Positions 19,980 to 30,263 of a DNA stretch of 64,000 nt are shown here, piece by piece. The position numbers were made by a program, and so were the translations under genes. Below the pieces are notes generated by a model. It was not told the origin of the DNA. It saw nothing but the letters and a program-made list of their open reading frames with translations, and made no database searches. The stretch comes from Bacteroidota bacterium (GTDB lineage Bacteria; Bacteroidota; Ignavibacteria; UBA10030; CAVZMI01): positions 99,825 to 163,824 of the forward strand of contig JBEKIL010000004.1 in assembly GCA_050011775.1 (NCBI GenBank), read 5' to 3'. Numbering within the stretch: position 1 is the first letter of the stretch; each line of letters begins with the position of its first letter.

Positions 19980-20107
19980 ATACCTGCAACAATCACAGGC
20001 ATTCATTCGTAACTGTAATATATAAAGATATTGCGGTTACGATCGAATTCATTTAATAGCAATGAAGTAAATCGCCGAGATAAAGTGCATTGTTATGCAA
20101 GTTAGGC
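19980..20107 (+). other. Degenerate attC-like site
   Basis: Right end GAGATAAAGTGCATTGTTATGCAA-GTTAGGC resembles GAGACAAAGTACGCTGTTAAGCGA-GTTATGT at 15623-15653. Inner hairpin CGTAACTGTAAT/ATTGCGGTTACG. Left core not clear. Confidence 0.5.
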
Positions 20108-20291
20108 GCCAGTAGCTTCTCACCCAGATTCATCACAAAAGGAGCTTATATGCATTTTTCAAGGATAGGTTTACAGACGAAACATTTTATCTCTACGAGA
20201 ACAATCGTCAGTATAATTTCGGTCCTTACAACAAGTTAACTATGCCTGCTCCCGGCATTTTGCAGTTCATCGATTATGAAATCTGACAGGG

Positions 20292-21509
20292 TTGGGTGTT
20301 AATATGAAAAATCAATATTTATTATACATTTCATTGACAATATTAATTGCCCTGTTCAGTTCCTGCTGTTCCATTCCTAAACCACCAGATAATATTGTAA
20401 GTATTTCGGAACTTGAGGACTACCTTAACAAAGTAGTGGAATCCGGTACTCCTCCCGGTATGTCTTTAGCAGTGGTGAAGAACGGCAGTATTATATACAG
20501 CAAAGGCTTTGGCTGGGCTGACGAACCGCGGGAAATCTGCGCCGCACCAAAGACAGTGTATCATTGGTGGTCGTGTACAAAAATTGCCACCGCAATTGCC
20601 ATTCTTCAACTGAAGGAAAAGGGGAAGCTGTCTTTAAATGATCCGGTTGTCTTGCATCTCCCTTTTTTCAAAGTGAAGTACCCTTCCGACACCAGTAAGG
20701 AGGTAACCATTCTGAATCTCCTCAATCACAGTTCAGGATTGCCAGACCCGTCGGTTTTTACCTTTATACGCTGGATCCATCATGATGGAGAGCCCCCTGT
20801 TAATCAAACTGATTTTATAAAGAAAGTGCTTCCGGATTATTCTGAGCTCAAGTTTGAGCCTGGAGACCATGCTGAATATTCTAACATCGGTTATATGGTA
20901 CTGGGTGCTATTATTGAGAAGATAACAGGTATAGCTTATGAAGATTATATCCGGCAAAATATTCTTCGGCCGCTGGGAATGAACCACACCGATTTTCTCT
21001 ACACGAAAGCAATGGAACCGGACGAGGCAGCAGGTGCTCATCCAATATTTAATTTGATGAGTCCATTACTTCCCTTCGTTGGCGGATCATATATCCGTGA
21101 GCTTGACAACGATCATATATGGATGGAACGGGTTTACACAGACCAGACCCCATCCACAGGACTAATTGGTTCAGCTACAGATGCAGCTAGACTGGTCGCT
21201 GCATATTTGAATGGCGGAGTGTTTGATGGTCAACGAATACTATCGCAGGAATCAATTACAACAATGACGTATGAGGGGCAAATAAAAGCAAAGAATGAGG
21301 ATTCTCTAAACTACCGCAGGCAGGGAATCGGCTGGCAAATATATGGCAAATCTGGACGTTGGGTTCTTACGCATGATGGTGGCGGTCCTGGATTTAGTAC
21401 GAAAATTCAATTGTATCCGGATGAAAATCTCGGATTTGTTCTGTTCACAAATGACGCTACATGCGAAGCCTGGAAAATAATTAATTTAGCTGGTACCCTG
21501 AAATGGTGA
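20292..21509 (+). CDS. Serine hydrolase, beta-lactamase/AmpC-like family, probable lipoprotein
   Basis: Lipobox LFSSC, SxxK (SCTK), LLNHSSG, YSN, HDGGGPG. Real start is probably ATG 20304 (MKNQ). Confidence 0.88.
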   Translation: MGVNMKNQYLLYISLTILIALFSSCCSIPKPPDNIVSISELEDYLNKVVESGTPPGMSLAVVKNGSIIYSKGFGWADEPREICAAPKTVYHWWSCTKIATAIAILQLKEKGKLSLNDPVVLHLPFFKVKYPSDTSKEVTILNLLNHSSGLPDPSVFTFIRWIHHDGEPPVNQTDFIKKVLPDYSELKFEPGDHAEYSNIGYMVLGAIIEKITGIAYEDYIRQNILRPLGMNHTDFLYTKAMEPDEAAGAHPIFNLMSPLLPFVGGSYIRELDNDHIWMERVYTDQTPSTGLIGSATDAARLVAAYLNGGVFDGQRILSQESITTMTYEGQIKAKNEDSLNYRRQGIGWQIYGKSGRWVLTHDGGGPGFSTKIQLYPDENLGFVLFTNDATCEAWKIINLAGTLKW

Positions 21510-21633
21510 AATGAATATGTGTGTACTCAGATATAAATTAATATTACACGGCAATTTTACGGTGACATTTTATATTTCATATATTTATAATTTTATGCCA
21601 AAATATATTTAATCATTAATTAAAATAATTACC

Positions 21634-23076
21634 ATGAAAAAACTATTAATTATTCTTGTCTTCATTAACAGTATGTCTGTTAGTGTACATTCTCAGACAC
21701 AGAGACGATTCTCGGTAAAAGAGATAAAAAGTGACTTAGAGTATCTGCGCAGTACCCTGGAAGCTTCGCATTATAATCTTTATGCCTATACGAAAAAAGA
21801 AGTTTTTGACAGCGCATATAATAAAATAGAAAGTTCTATTAATGATTCACTAACCTCTATGCAGGCTTACAGACTTTTCCAACCCTATCTCGCATTGGCA
21901 AAGATAGGTGAATGTATAATCTTTTATCCTTTTGGTGAGTATTTTGGAAATTACCTAAGACAGGGTGGAACCGTATTCCCATTGAATCTGGGTTTCTCAA
22001 AAGGCAAGGTATTTGTCAAAGATAACTTTTCCAATGAATCCCAGATTTCCAAGGGCGATGAAATCCTGTCATTCAATGGAAAGCCGATCAAGGAATTCAT
22101 GGAAGGTGTTTATCGTTTCATGTCCGGTCAGAGTGAATACTATAAAAACTCTTATCTTGAAAACATAAACTTTTCAAGAATCTATTGGTTCATCTACGAC
22201 AAGTGCGATGTCTTTCATTTGGAAATCAAGAAAAAGGATGGAAGCAAAATAAAGGTGCAACTCCCCGCCATTTCGGGATGGGAATACGAAGGGAAACTCT
22301 CCAAACAATATCCTCCGCGCAATCCAGCGAGGGAATTCCGGCTCATTGATGACGTCGCCTATTTGTATCCGGGTGAATTTGTAAACAATCCGGGGAGACA
22401 CGATGACATGATGAGCCCGACAAAATGGGACAACACTGAATTCTGTCACTTTATTGATTCCGCGTTTACCGCATTTCGTAAAGCCGGAGCGAAGAACCTG
22501 ATCATTGATCTCAGAAATAACCTGGGCGGAGCCAACAACTTTAGCGATTACATGATTTCCTACATTGCGTCAAAACCATTTACGTTTTGCTCAAAAGCCA
22601 AGATCAGAACCAGCCGGATAACCAAAGACTTCTGGAAAAATATCAACATCCCGTCTCTCGAGGAAATGAAGCAGGCGATCCTTTCGCACGATGATGGCTC
22701 CCGCTTTGAAGTGTCCTTGCCCGAAAATCAGCCCCAACCCGATTCAATACGGTTTACGGGACATGTGTATGCCTTGATCAATCGATTCTCCATCTCCAAC
22801 ACGACATCCGTGGCGTCTGTCATTCAGGATTACCGTTTAGGCAAATTGATTGGCGAGGAGACGCCGGATTTCGTATCATTCTATGGAGGCACCCATCAGT
22901 TTAATTTACCAAATACACAACTCGCGGTTACCTATCCAAAGGGACTCATGATACGGCCGAATGGGGATACGACACCTCGGAGTATAATTCCCGATTACAT
23001 AGTCGAGGATAATATGTCAACTGATAAGGATGAGATATTGGATTATACATTGGAAACAATTGCTAAGAATAAATAA
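21634..23076 (+). CDS. S41 family peptidase, secreted
   Basis: Signal peptide, LIIDLRNNLGG, YALINRFSISN, GKLIGEET, IIPDYIV. Confidence 0.8.
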   Translation: MKKLLIILVFINSMSVSVHSQTQRRFSVKEIKSDLEYLRSTLEASHYNLYAYTKKEVFDSAYNKIESSINDSLTSMQAYRLFQPYLALAKIGECIIFYPFGEYFGNYLRQGGTVFPLNLGFSKGKVFVKDNFSNESQISKGDEILSFNGKPIKEFMEGVYRFMSGQSEYYKNSYLENINFSRIYWFIYDKCDVFHLEIKKKDGSKIKVQLPAISGWEYEGKLSKQYPPRNPAREFRLIDDVAYLYPGEFVNNPGRHDDMMSPTKWDNTEFCHFIDSAFTAFRKAGAKNLIIDLRNNLGGANNFSDYMISYIASKPFTFCSKAKIRTSRITKDFWKNINIPSLEEMKQAILSHDDGSRFEVSLPENQPQPDSIRFTGHVYALINRFSISNTTSVASVIQDYRLGKLIGEETPDFVSFYGGTHQFNLPNTQLAVTYPKGLMIRPNGDTTPRSIIPDYIVEDNMSTDKDEILDYTLETIAKNK

Positions 23077-23118
23077 AAACCTTAATTGAATCATTTAGTA
23101 AAATTAAAATCAAGTATT

Positions 23119-24231
23119 ATGAAAAACATCGTAATGAAAAGTATTTCTTATCTCCTTTTAATTTTTCTTGTTGTAATTTTTACAGCTTTCGATGAAAAGA
23201 AGAATGAAAGTGACAAGATAAAAACAGTAAATGGAAGTTTTATTTCTTTTTTAGAAATGGATAAATTCCTGCATTCTCAAATGGATTCAATAGGATTGCC
23301 CGGATTATCCATAGCCATAATCAATGATTCAAAAATCATCTACCATCGAACTTTAGGTGTAACCAATGTTGAAACAAAAGAGAAAGTATCAGAAGAAACC
23401 CTCTTTGATGCCGGTTCTTTATCAAAAACACCTTTTACCTATCTTGTAATGAAAATGGTTGAGAAAGGAATATTGAATTTGGATCAGCCTCTATATACTT
23501 ACTTACCATATCCTGATATTGCATATGACGATCGTTATAAATTAATAACGGCCCGCATGGTTTTGTGCCATACATCCGGCTTTGTCAATTGGAGGTTCCT
23601 TAATAAGGATAATAAGTTGGATATTAAATTTACACCTGGAACCCAGTTTCTCTATTCCGGAGAGGGTTTTGAGTATCTGGCAAATGTTGTGGCTTATCTG
23701 AAGAATATTAAAAAAAATGATCTTCAGGATTTATTTGAAAAAGAAGTTGCTGCTCCCCTAGGAATGCAATACGCTTTTTATACATGGAACGATTATGTAG
23801 AAAAACTGCGTGCGACTGGACATGTTGATGGTAAGGTTTTTTCTACAGAATGGGGTACAAGCACTAAAAATCCAAATTTTTATGCTGCATATAGCTTGCA
23901 GACGGAAGCAATAAGTTATGCCAAATTTCTAATTGCAATGATACGGGAAGAAGGATTGAAAAAAGCGACTTACGATGAGATGTTAAAAGTCCATGTCGAA
24001 ACTCCTTCCAAAACCGATAGTATTCCATACTGTCTTGGCATAAGGATGAAACACTCAGAGTTTGGTAATGAATACATGCATGATGGTGATAATTACAATT
24101 TTACTTGCGCTTTTATGTTCAACCAGGAACAAAAGTTCGGTTATGTATTTTTCACTAACTGTAATAAAGGAAGTGAGTTCAACAAAAAGTTGGAGCCATT
24201 TTTAACGGGAAAGGATGCCTCGCGAAGATAG
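23119..24231 (+). CDS. Serine hydrolase, beta-lactamase family
   Basis: SxxK (SLSK), VLCHTSG, YSGEG, HDG; signal peptide. Confidence 0.88.
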   Translation: MKNIVMKSISYLLLIFLVVIFTAFDEKKNESDKIKTVNGSFISFLEMDKFLHSQMDSIGLPGLSIAIINDSKIIYHRTLGVTNVETKEKVSEETLFDAGSLSKTPFTYLVMKMVEKGILNLDQPLYTYLPYPDIAYDDRYKLITARMVLCHTSGFVNWRFLNKDNKLDIKFTPGTQFLYSGEGFEYLANVVAYLKNIKKNDLQDLFEKEVAAPLGMQYAFYTWNDYVEKLRATGHVDGKVFSTEWGTSTKNPNFYAAYSLQTEAISYAKFLIAMIREEGLKKATYDEMLKVHVETPSKTDSIPYCLGIRMKHSEFGNEYMHDGDNYNFTCAFMFNQEQKFGYVFFTNCNKGSEFNKKLEPFLTGKDASRR

Positions 24232-24440
24232 GCACGTCTTTTCTTATTCCGACGTTCCGTCAAAACTCAACTTGATTTGCTGAGTCGGCTTTGCTACTTT
24301 TTTGGTGTTCATGCGATTGTTCCTTTCTGAGTTTAATGAATATGACAAGTTTGTTATTCTAAGAATATACATCGCCATGGGCTTTGTTACACCTCAGATT
24401 TCAACGAATAGCGGGACATCATCCCAAAAGAAGAAAAAAC

Positions 24441-25565
24441 ATGAAAAGAAATTATGTTGTTTGTTGCAGCTTGCTCCTAGTATTCATTGCGATCACATTA
24501 ACCACAACATTTGCCTTTAAAAAAGAAAATGCTGAAAAGATCAAAACTTTAAGCGGTAAAGAAATAACCGTGGCAGAAATGGATGAATATCTAAAAGCCC
24601 AAATGGATTCATTGAATATCAAAGGTATATCTATTGCTATTATCAATGATGCAAAGGTTGTATACCATCGTTCTTTTGGCATAGCTGATGCTTATTCTTT
24701 GGACACGGTGAATGATCAAACCTTATTTCAGGCGGCTTCCGTATCTAAATCAATATTCGCATATTTTGTAATGAAAATTGTAGAGAAAGGGTTGTTAGAT
24801 TTAGATACTCCTTTGTACCGGTATATGCCTTATCCGGATGCCGAGAGTGATCCACGCTATAAGCTAATTACGGCCCGCATGGTACTCTGCCATACATCAG
24901 GCTTTCCTAACTGGAGACCGAACTATACCGGGAAATTAGAAATAGAATTTACTCCCGGGACCAAATTTTCATATTCCGGCGAGGGTTACATGTATTTAAC
25001 GAAGGTCATAGCACATCTAACGAATACTGACTTGTCAAATCTAGATAGCGTATTTCAGCAGGAAGTCTGCAAACCGTTGAATCTGAAGCATGCATATTTT
25101 GGCATGAATAATTACGTAGCAAAACATTTGGCAAAGGGGCATGATGAAAATAAAATAGTTTATGACAAGGACTTTAATATAATAAATTTCAATTCAGCAG
25201 GAGGTTTATATACCGAAGCGATCAGTTTTGCAAATTTTCTTATCGCCGTAATGGAAAATAAAGGTTTGAAACAGGCAAACATCGATGAAATGCTTAAAAA
25301 ACAAGTAATAGTACCTAATGATGACAACCTAAGAAAGTACTCTGGTGTTATCGAATGGGGTCTTGGATTTGAGAGAAAACCTTCAATCTATGGAATAAAA
25401 ATTGCACATGGAGGAAATAATCAGGGCTTTTCATCATCATTTATGTTTAATAAAGAAAAAAAGTTTGGATATGTATTTTTTACCAATAGTAATTCATGCC
25501 ACAATTGGGGATGCCCCGAGTTATGGAGAAAATTAGAACCTTTTCTGATAGATCGCACTAAATAG
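24441..25565 (+). CDS. Serine hydrolase, beta-lactamase family (tandem paralogue of 23119-24231)
   Basis: SxxK (SVSK), KLITARMVLCHTSGF, FTPGT..YSGEG, HGG, KFGYVFFTN, KLEPFL shared with the upstream gene. Confidence 0.88.
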   Translation: MKRNYVVCCSLLLVFIAITLTTTFAFKKENAEKIKTLSGKEITVAEMDEYLKAQMDSLNIKGISIAIINDAKVVYHRSFGIADAYSLDTVNDQTLFQAASVSKSIFAYFVMKIVEKGLLDLDTPLYRYMPYPDAESDPRYKLITARMVLCHTSGFPNWRPNYTGKLEIEFTPGTKFSYSGEGYMYLTKVIAHLTNTDLSNLDSVFQQEVCKPLNLKHAYFGMNNYVAKHLAKGHDENKIVYDKDFNIINFNSAGGLYTEAISFANFLIAVMENKGLKQANIDEMLKKQVIVPNDDNLRKYSGVIEWGLGFERKPSIYGIKIAHGGNNQGFSSSFMFNKEKKFGYVFFTNSNSCHNWGCPELWRKLEPFLIDRTK

Positions 25566-25692
25566 TTCGAGTTATTTTGATGACCTATAAATACTTGCGG
25601 ACGATTTATTGCCTGAAAGATATTTGTTCCGACATCTTCAAGCTGAAGATGTCGAAGAAGCATATTCAATAATATGTTATGCATCGTTCCAT

Positions 25693-25953
25693 ATGCGTAG
25701 AAAAGATAGAGAAATATCAAAACAAGAAACAATGGCTGTATTACAGAAGGCCGAATATGGCATACTGTCAATAGCATCTCTTGATGGTATACCATATGGG
25801 ATTCCTCTGAATTATTGTGTCATGAATGATACAATATATTTTCATTGTGCAGTACATGGCAGAAAATTAGATATTTTAGCCCAAAACGGCTCCGTTTCCT
25901 TTTGCGTCGTAGGTGATACTGAAGTCTTACCAGATAAGTTTGGGATGAAATAA
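25693..25953 (+). pseudogene. Truncated pyridoxamine 5'-phosphate oxidase / NimA-like flavin-binding protein
   Basis: MRRKDREI..PYGIPLNY..IYFHCA..GRKLDIL..VSFCVV, then a stop after PDKFGMK at 86 aa where the 115-bp repeat begins. The usual (Y)xSVIVFG half is absent. Confidence 0.7.
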
Positions 25954-26047
25954 TTTATAAGAAGAATTTCGACAGGAAGAGTAGGTTGTAAAAAGCACAC
26001 TAAATTTACCAGCCATCGAAACTTGCATCTTCCCCAGTACTTCCTTA
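25933..26047. repeat. 115-bp dispersed repeat, copy 2
   Basis: 96/115 identical to 19842-19956. Confidence 0.85.
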
Positions 26048-26094
26048 AGTTCCTACATATTACGAACAATGCTGAAAGAAAGGAGTAATAAAAA

Positions 26095-26619
26095 TTGAGT
26101 ATGAGAAAAGTGACCTTATGTATATGTGCGATAATGATTTTTATTTTCATGAGTTGTTCAAAATCATCAGAGCAAGTTGTCGAGCTTAAGGTTTTTCCCG
26201 TTGATAACCTCGATGGACTTATCACGCTGTCTGGCGTCCAACTTGACAAGCAAATTACAAGCGATGGCAACGGCTCCCTTAAAATTACGGCAACAGGGCC
26301 TACGGTAGTGCGATTGTATGAAACAGGCGACATCGATATCGAGAATGCACGACTGATTTATCAGGCAAAGATCCGTACGGAAGGTATGAAGGGTCAAGTG
26401 TATTTAGAAATGTGGTGCCATTTCCCCGGTAAAGGAGAGTTTCTTTCCCGCGGTCTTCAAACATCGGTGACCGGCACAACAAATTGGTCCACAACAGAAA
26501 CACCATTCTTCTTGAATAAAGGAGAAAACCCCGACAATGTAAAACTCAATCTGGTTATCAACGGCGAGGGAACTGCCTGGATTGATAATATCAGACTCTT
26601 AAAGGGACCGCTTCAATAA
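26095..26619 (+). CDS. Hypothetical lipoprotein, possible carbohydrate-binding (galactose-binding-like) fold
   Basis: Lipobox IFMSC; beta-rich, ending GTAWIDNIRL as in CBM-like jelly rolls (inference). Confidence 0.7.
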   Translation: MSMRKVTLCICAIMIFIFMSCSKSSEQVVELKVFPVDNLDGLITLSGVQLDKQITSDGNGSLKITATGPTVVRLYETGDIDIENARLIYQAKIRTEGMKGQVYLEMWCHFPGKGEFLSRGLQTSVTGTTNWSTTETPFFLNKGENPDNVKLNLVINGEGTAWIDNIRLLKGPLQ

Positions 26620-26693
26620 TAAATAGAAAAAAACCAAGTTGGATATATAAGGCGGGCCGAGAGGCAACCGATAGAGAAATTAAGGGAGATTGC

Positions 26694-29600
26694 ATGTATT
26701 ATCGAGGTATGACATTTCTGTGTTCGGCAATTGTATTGATTGCATTATGTTCGACTCTTTTATCACAACAAGTTTTGGACGAGCCGGCTTTTTCTTCGAC
26801 GAGGGGATTTTACGAAAATAAATTCACATTGGAGATCGCATACAATTCTCCCGGCGCAACCATTAAGTATACCAGAGATGGAACAAACCCATATACATCA
26901 TCGACATCTAAAAGTCAATCTTCACCGGCTATTCTCACCATTGATCCGACAGATACACTTGACAGGGACCGGGCACCGGGTGTAGTAATAAGAGCCTGTG
27001 CCGTAAAGGATGGAATACTATTAACAAAAGTAGCAACTCATACATTTTTATTCATTGATAAGATAGAAGAACTTTCTCCTGATGGCAAAAAGCCGGGGCC
27101 CTCATGGCCGGATCCGAATCCCGGGACACAATTTACACAACAGGGAATGGACTACGGTATGGATCCCGACATCCTGCATGACCTTCGATACCGGAATAAA
27201 ATTAAAGATGCATTGTTATCCATTCCGACCATTTCGCTGGTCACCGATCTGAAGAATCTATTTGATCCGGATTCGGGGATTTATATGAACGCGCTTCCTC
27301 ACGGTCGTGAGTGGGAAAGGCAAACATCCGTCGAGTTATTGAATCCGGACGGGACCACCGGTTTTCAAATTGATGCCGGCCTGCGTATCCGTGGAGCATG
27401 GGGAAGAACCGGAATTAATTTTAAACATGCCTTCCGTCTTTTTTTCAGGAAAGAATATGGTGAAGCAAAATTACGCTATCCCTTGTTCGGAGATGAAGGA
27501 GTGACGGAATTCGACAATGTAGATCTCAGAACAAGCCAGAATTATTCCTGGGCTTTCTACGGCGATCCTGAAGGTCGGAAAAATACGGAACTCCGGGAAG
27601 TTTTTTCCAGGGATACACAAAGGGATATGGGACAGCCTTACACACGAAGCCGCTATTATCATCTATATATCAACGGTACCTATTGGGGACTCTATCAGAC
27701 TCAGGAAAGATCTGAAGCTTCTTTTGGTGCATCATATTTAGGCGGTTCCAGTGAAGACTATGATGTCATAAAAGTCGACGTCACAGACAGCCTGAGTATT
27801 CCCAATTATCATATTGAAGCCACCGATGGTAATTTAGATACCTATCGACGACTCTGGGAAATGGCCACAGTGGGTTTTAATACCGATGAATCTTATTACA
27901 GAATACAGGGCCTGAATCCCGACGGCTCAAGAAATCCTGAATACCCCATTCTGGTAGATATAGATAATCTGATCGATTTCATGCTCTGTACCATCTATGT
28001 TTGTGATCCCGATGGTCCTACAGCCGGTGGAATCCCAAACAATTTCTACGGGATATACAACAGAAATGGGGATCGGGGTTTCGTTTTTTTCAGGCACGAT
28101 GCGGAACACAGTCTCATGTACCCCGAGGTCGACAATACTGTTCAGACGAGCATCGGTATGGAGTTTAGACATTTCAACCCTCGATGGCTGCATCAACGAC
28201 TCAGCTATCATCCCGATTACCGTCTTAAATTTTTCGACCGTGTATACAAACATTTATTCAACAATGGTGCTCTGACGCTCCAGGCTTGCCGGAACCGGTT
28301 TCTGGATAGAAAACAACAAATGGATGAAGCTATTATTGCCGAATCGGCCCGTTGGGGAGATGCACATTCCGATATTCCCAGAACAAGAGACGACGACTGG
28401 CTGCCGGAAGTAAATTGGGTTGTCGATCAATTTTTTCCCCCACGCGTAGATAATATGCTGAAGCAATTAAGAGCTCAGAAATTGTATCCCGATTTCAATC
28501 CGCCTGTTTTTAATCTGACGGGCGGCAAAGTCTCAAAAGGAACGGTCTTTACCATAGATACAACAGAAGGCCCCGTCTATTATACGGTGGATGGGAATGA
28601 TACCCACATGCCTTCATCGCTGCAGAAAGCATTTCAAACAATACTGGTTCCGCGAAATGCGGAAAAACGCGTTCTTGTTCCTACCGCAAATATAGACATT
28701 AAATGGAGATATGATCTCAATTTCAACGATACTGCATGGCCGTTGTGCAACAGTTCTCCGGGCGGTATCGGTTATGATCTTGGTTCTAGGTATGAGGATC
28801 TGATATCGTTCGACATTGAGAAACAAATGTATAACGTGAACAGCACATGTATGATTCGAATCCCTTTCGAAGTAACCCAGGAGCAACTGAATGATTTTAA
28901 CTATATGACGCTGCGAGTGCAGTACGATGATGGAATTATTGTATATCTCAATAATAGAAGCGCGATACTGATACGAAATTCTTCCGGCATCGTCAACTGG
29001 AATTCTACTGCCAACAAGACGAATGACGGTAAATTCATCGAGTCTTTTGACATCACCCCATATTTATCGAAACTCGTTCCGGGTAAGAATCTGCTCGCGA
29101 TTCAAGCCATGAATGTTGCTCCCGCAGACTCTGATTTTTTTATTTCTGTCGAATTGATTGCGGGAAATCCCATGAAATCCAGCAGTCCCCTTTCACCCAG
29201 CGCCGTTGCCTATACGGGTCCCATTACGATAGAGCATACGACCAGAATTAAGGCTAGGGTCTATAAGGATGAGAAGTGGAGTGCACTCAATGAGGTTATC
29301 TTATGGGTACCTGAAGGGAATGACAATCTGAAAATATCGGAGATCCATTACCACCCGCTGGGCGAAGAAGGAATCGATGAAAAGGAGTTCGAATTTATAG
29401 AACTTAAAAATGCGGGTACAACATCGCTCGATTTGAGCGGAATGACATTTTCAAAGGGAATAAAATATACATTCCCCTCAGGGACAATCATCGAGCCCGA
29501 CTCTTTTCTCGTTCTGGCATCCAATGCCCAGGTATTTGAGACCCGTTATCCATTCCCTCCCGATGGCGAATATAACGGACAACTGGATAATGCAGGAGAA

Positions 29601-30095
29601 ACCATTATTTTGCAGACAAGCAAAGGTGATACAATTATTAATCTGACATACGGCAATGATTATCCATGGCCGCACTCACCGGATGGATCGGGGTATTCTC
29701 TTGTCCGTAAGCCGGAGAGATTATACGACGATGAGAATGATCCTTCCGGCTGGTCCAGCTCTGTCTACATACACGGGAATCCGGGCTTTAATAACGACGC
29801 CGATACGGTCTTTCGAAAAGAAAAAATCCCAGGCGAATTCCGTCTTCTTCAAAATTATCCCAATCCATTCAATCTATTGACGATAATTTCATTCAGTCTT
29901 CCATCACGGTGTTTTGTGACTTTGAAAGTATTTGATTTGATTGGAAGAGAAGTGGCAACGATCGTCTCGGAAGAACTGTCACCCAGTACCTATATACGAC
30001 AATGGAACGCGAAAGGTATGGCAAGCGGAATCTATTTTTATCAGCTTCGGGCGGGGAATTATCTTGAAACAAAGAAATTAGTTTTACTTAAGTAA
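26694..30095 (+). CDS. T9SS-secreted CotH-kinase-family protein with Fn3-associated and lamin-tail domains
   Basis: PAFSSTRGFY..IKYTRDG, WERQTSVE, LRIRG, LYINGTYWGLY, LTD-like ISEIHYHP..EFIELKN, C-terminal NYPNPFN..KKLVLLK. Confidence 0.82.
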   Translation: MYYRGMTFLCSAIVLIALCSTLLSQQVLDEPAFSSTRGFYENKFTLEIAYNSPGATIKYTRDGTNPYTSSTSKSQSSPAILTIDPTDTLDRDRAPGVVIRACAVKDGILLTKVATHTFLFIDKIEELSPDGKKPGPSWPDPNPGTQFTQQGMDYGMDPDILHDLRYRNKIKDALLSIPTISLVTDLKNLFDPDSGIYMNALPHGREWERQTSVELLNPDGTTGFQIDAGLRIRGAWGRTGINFKHAFRLFFRKEYGEAKLRYPLFGDEGVTEFDNVDLRTSQNYSWAFYGDPEGRKNTELREVFSRDTQRDMGQPYTRSRYYHLYINGTYWGLYQTQERSEASFGASYLGGSSEDYDVIKVDVTDSLSIPNYHIEATDGNLDTYRRLWEMATVGFNTDESYYRIQGLNPDGSRNPEYPILVDIDNLIDFMLCTIYVCDPDGPTAGGIPNNFYGIYNRNGDRGFVFFRHDAEHSLMYPEVDNTVQTSIGMEFRHFNPRWLHQRLSYHPDYRLKFFDRVYKHLFNNGALTLQACRNRFLDRKQQMDEAIIAESARWGDAHSDIPRTRDDDWLPEVNWVVDQFFPPRVDNMLKQLRAQKLYPDFNPPVFNLTGGKVSKGTVFTIDTTEGPVYYTVDGNDTHMPSSLQKAFQTILVPRNAEKRVLVPTANIDIKWRYDLNFNDTAWPLCNSSPGGIGYDLGSRYEDLISFDIEKQMYNVNSTCMIRIPFEVTQEQLNDFNYMTLRVQYDDGIIVYLNNRSAILIRNSSGIVNWNSTANKTNDGKFIESFDITPYLSKLVPGKNLLAIQAMNVAPADSDFFISVELIAGNPMKSSSPLSPSAVAYTGPITIEHTTRIKARVYKDEKWSALNEVILWVPEGNDNLKISEIHYHPLGEEGIDEKEFEFIELKNAGTTSLDLSGMTFSKGIKYTFPSGTIIEPDSFLVLASNAQVFETRYPFPPDGEYNGQLDNAGETIILQTSKGDTIINLTYGNDYPWPHSPDGSGYSLVRKPERLYDDENDPSGWSSSVYIHGNPGFNNDADTVFRKEKIPGEFRLLQNYPNPFNLLTIISFSLPSRCFVTLKVFDLIGREVATIVSEELSPSTYIRQWNAKGMASGIYFYQLRAGNYLETKKLVLLK

Positions 30096-30263
30096 CACAC
30101 ACTTGTATCCACCGCTTGAAAAATCACTTTCTATATGTATTTTATTGCTTTTTTCCTCTCTGTTTCGTACAATCATCAAACAGAATATGTCTACATGGTC
30201 AGTAATTCTAACTGCCATCAGAAAAACTATAATGTAAATGATTATCAGAAAAGGAATCTACAA

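Noticed and set aside
20292-25565. Calling the three serine hydrolases antibiotic-resistance beta-lactamases
   Set aside because: SxxK/YxN with an HxG triad is shared by many esterases and peptidases. There is no KTG motif and sequence alone cannot show resistance.
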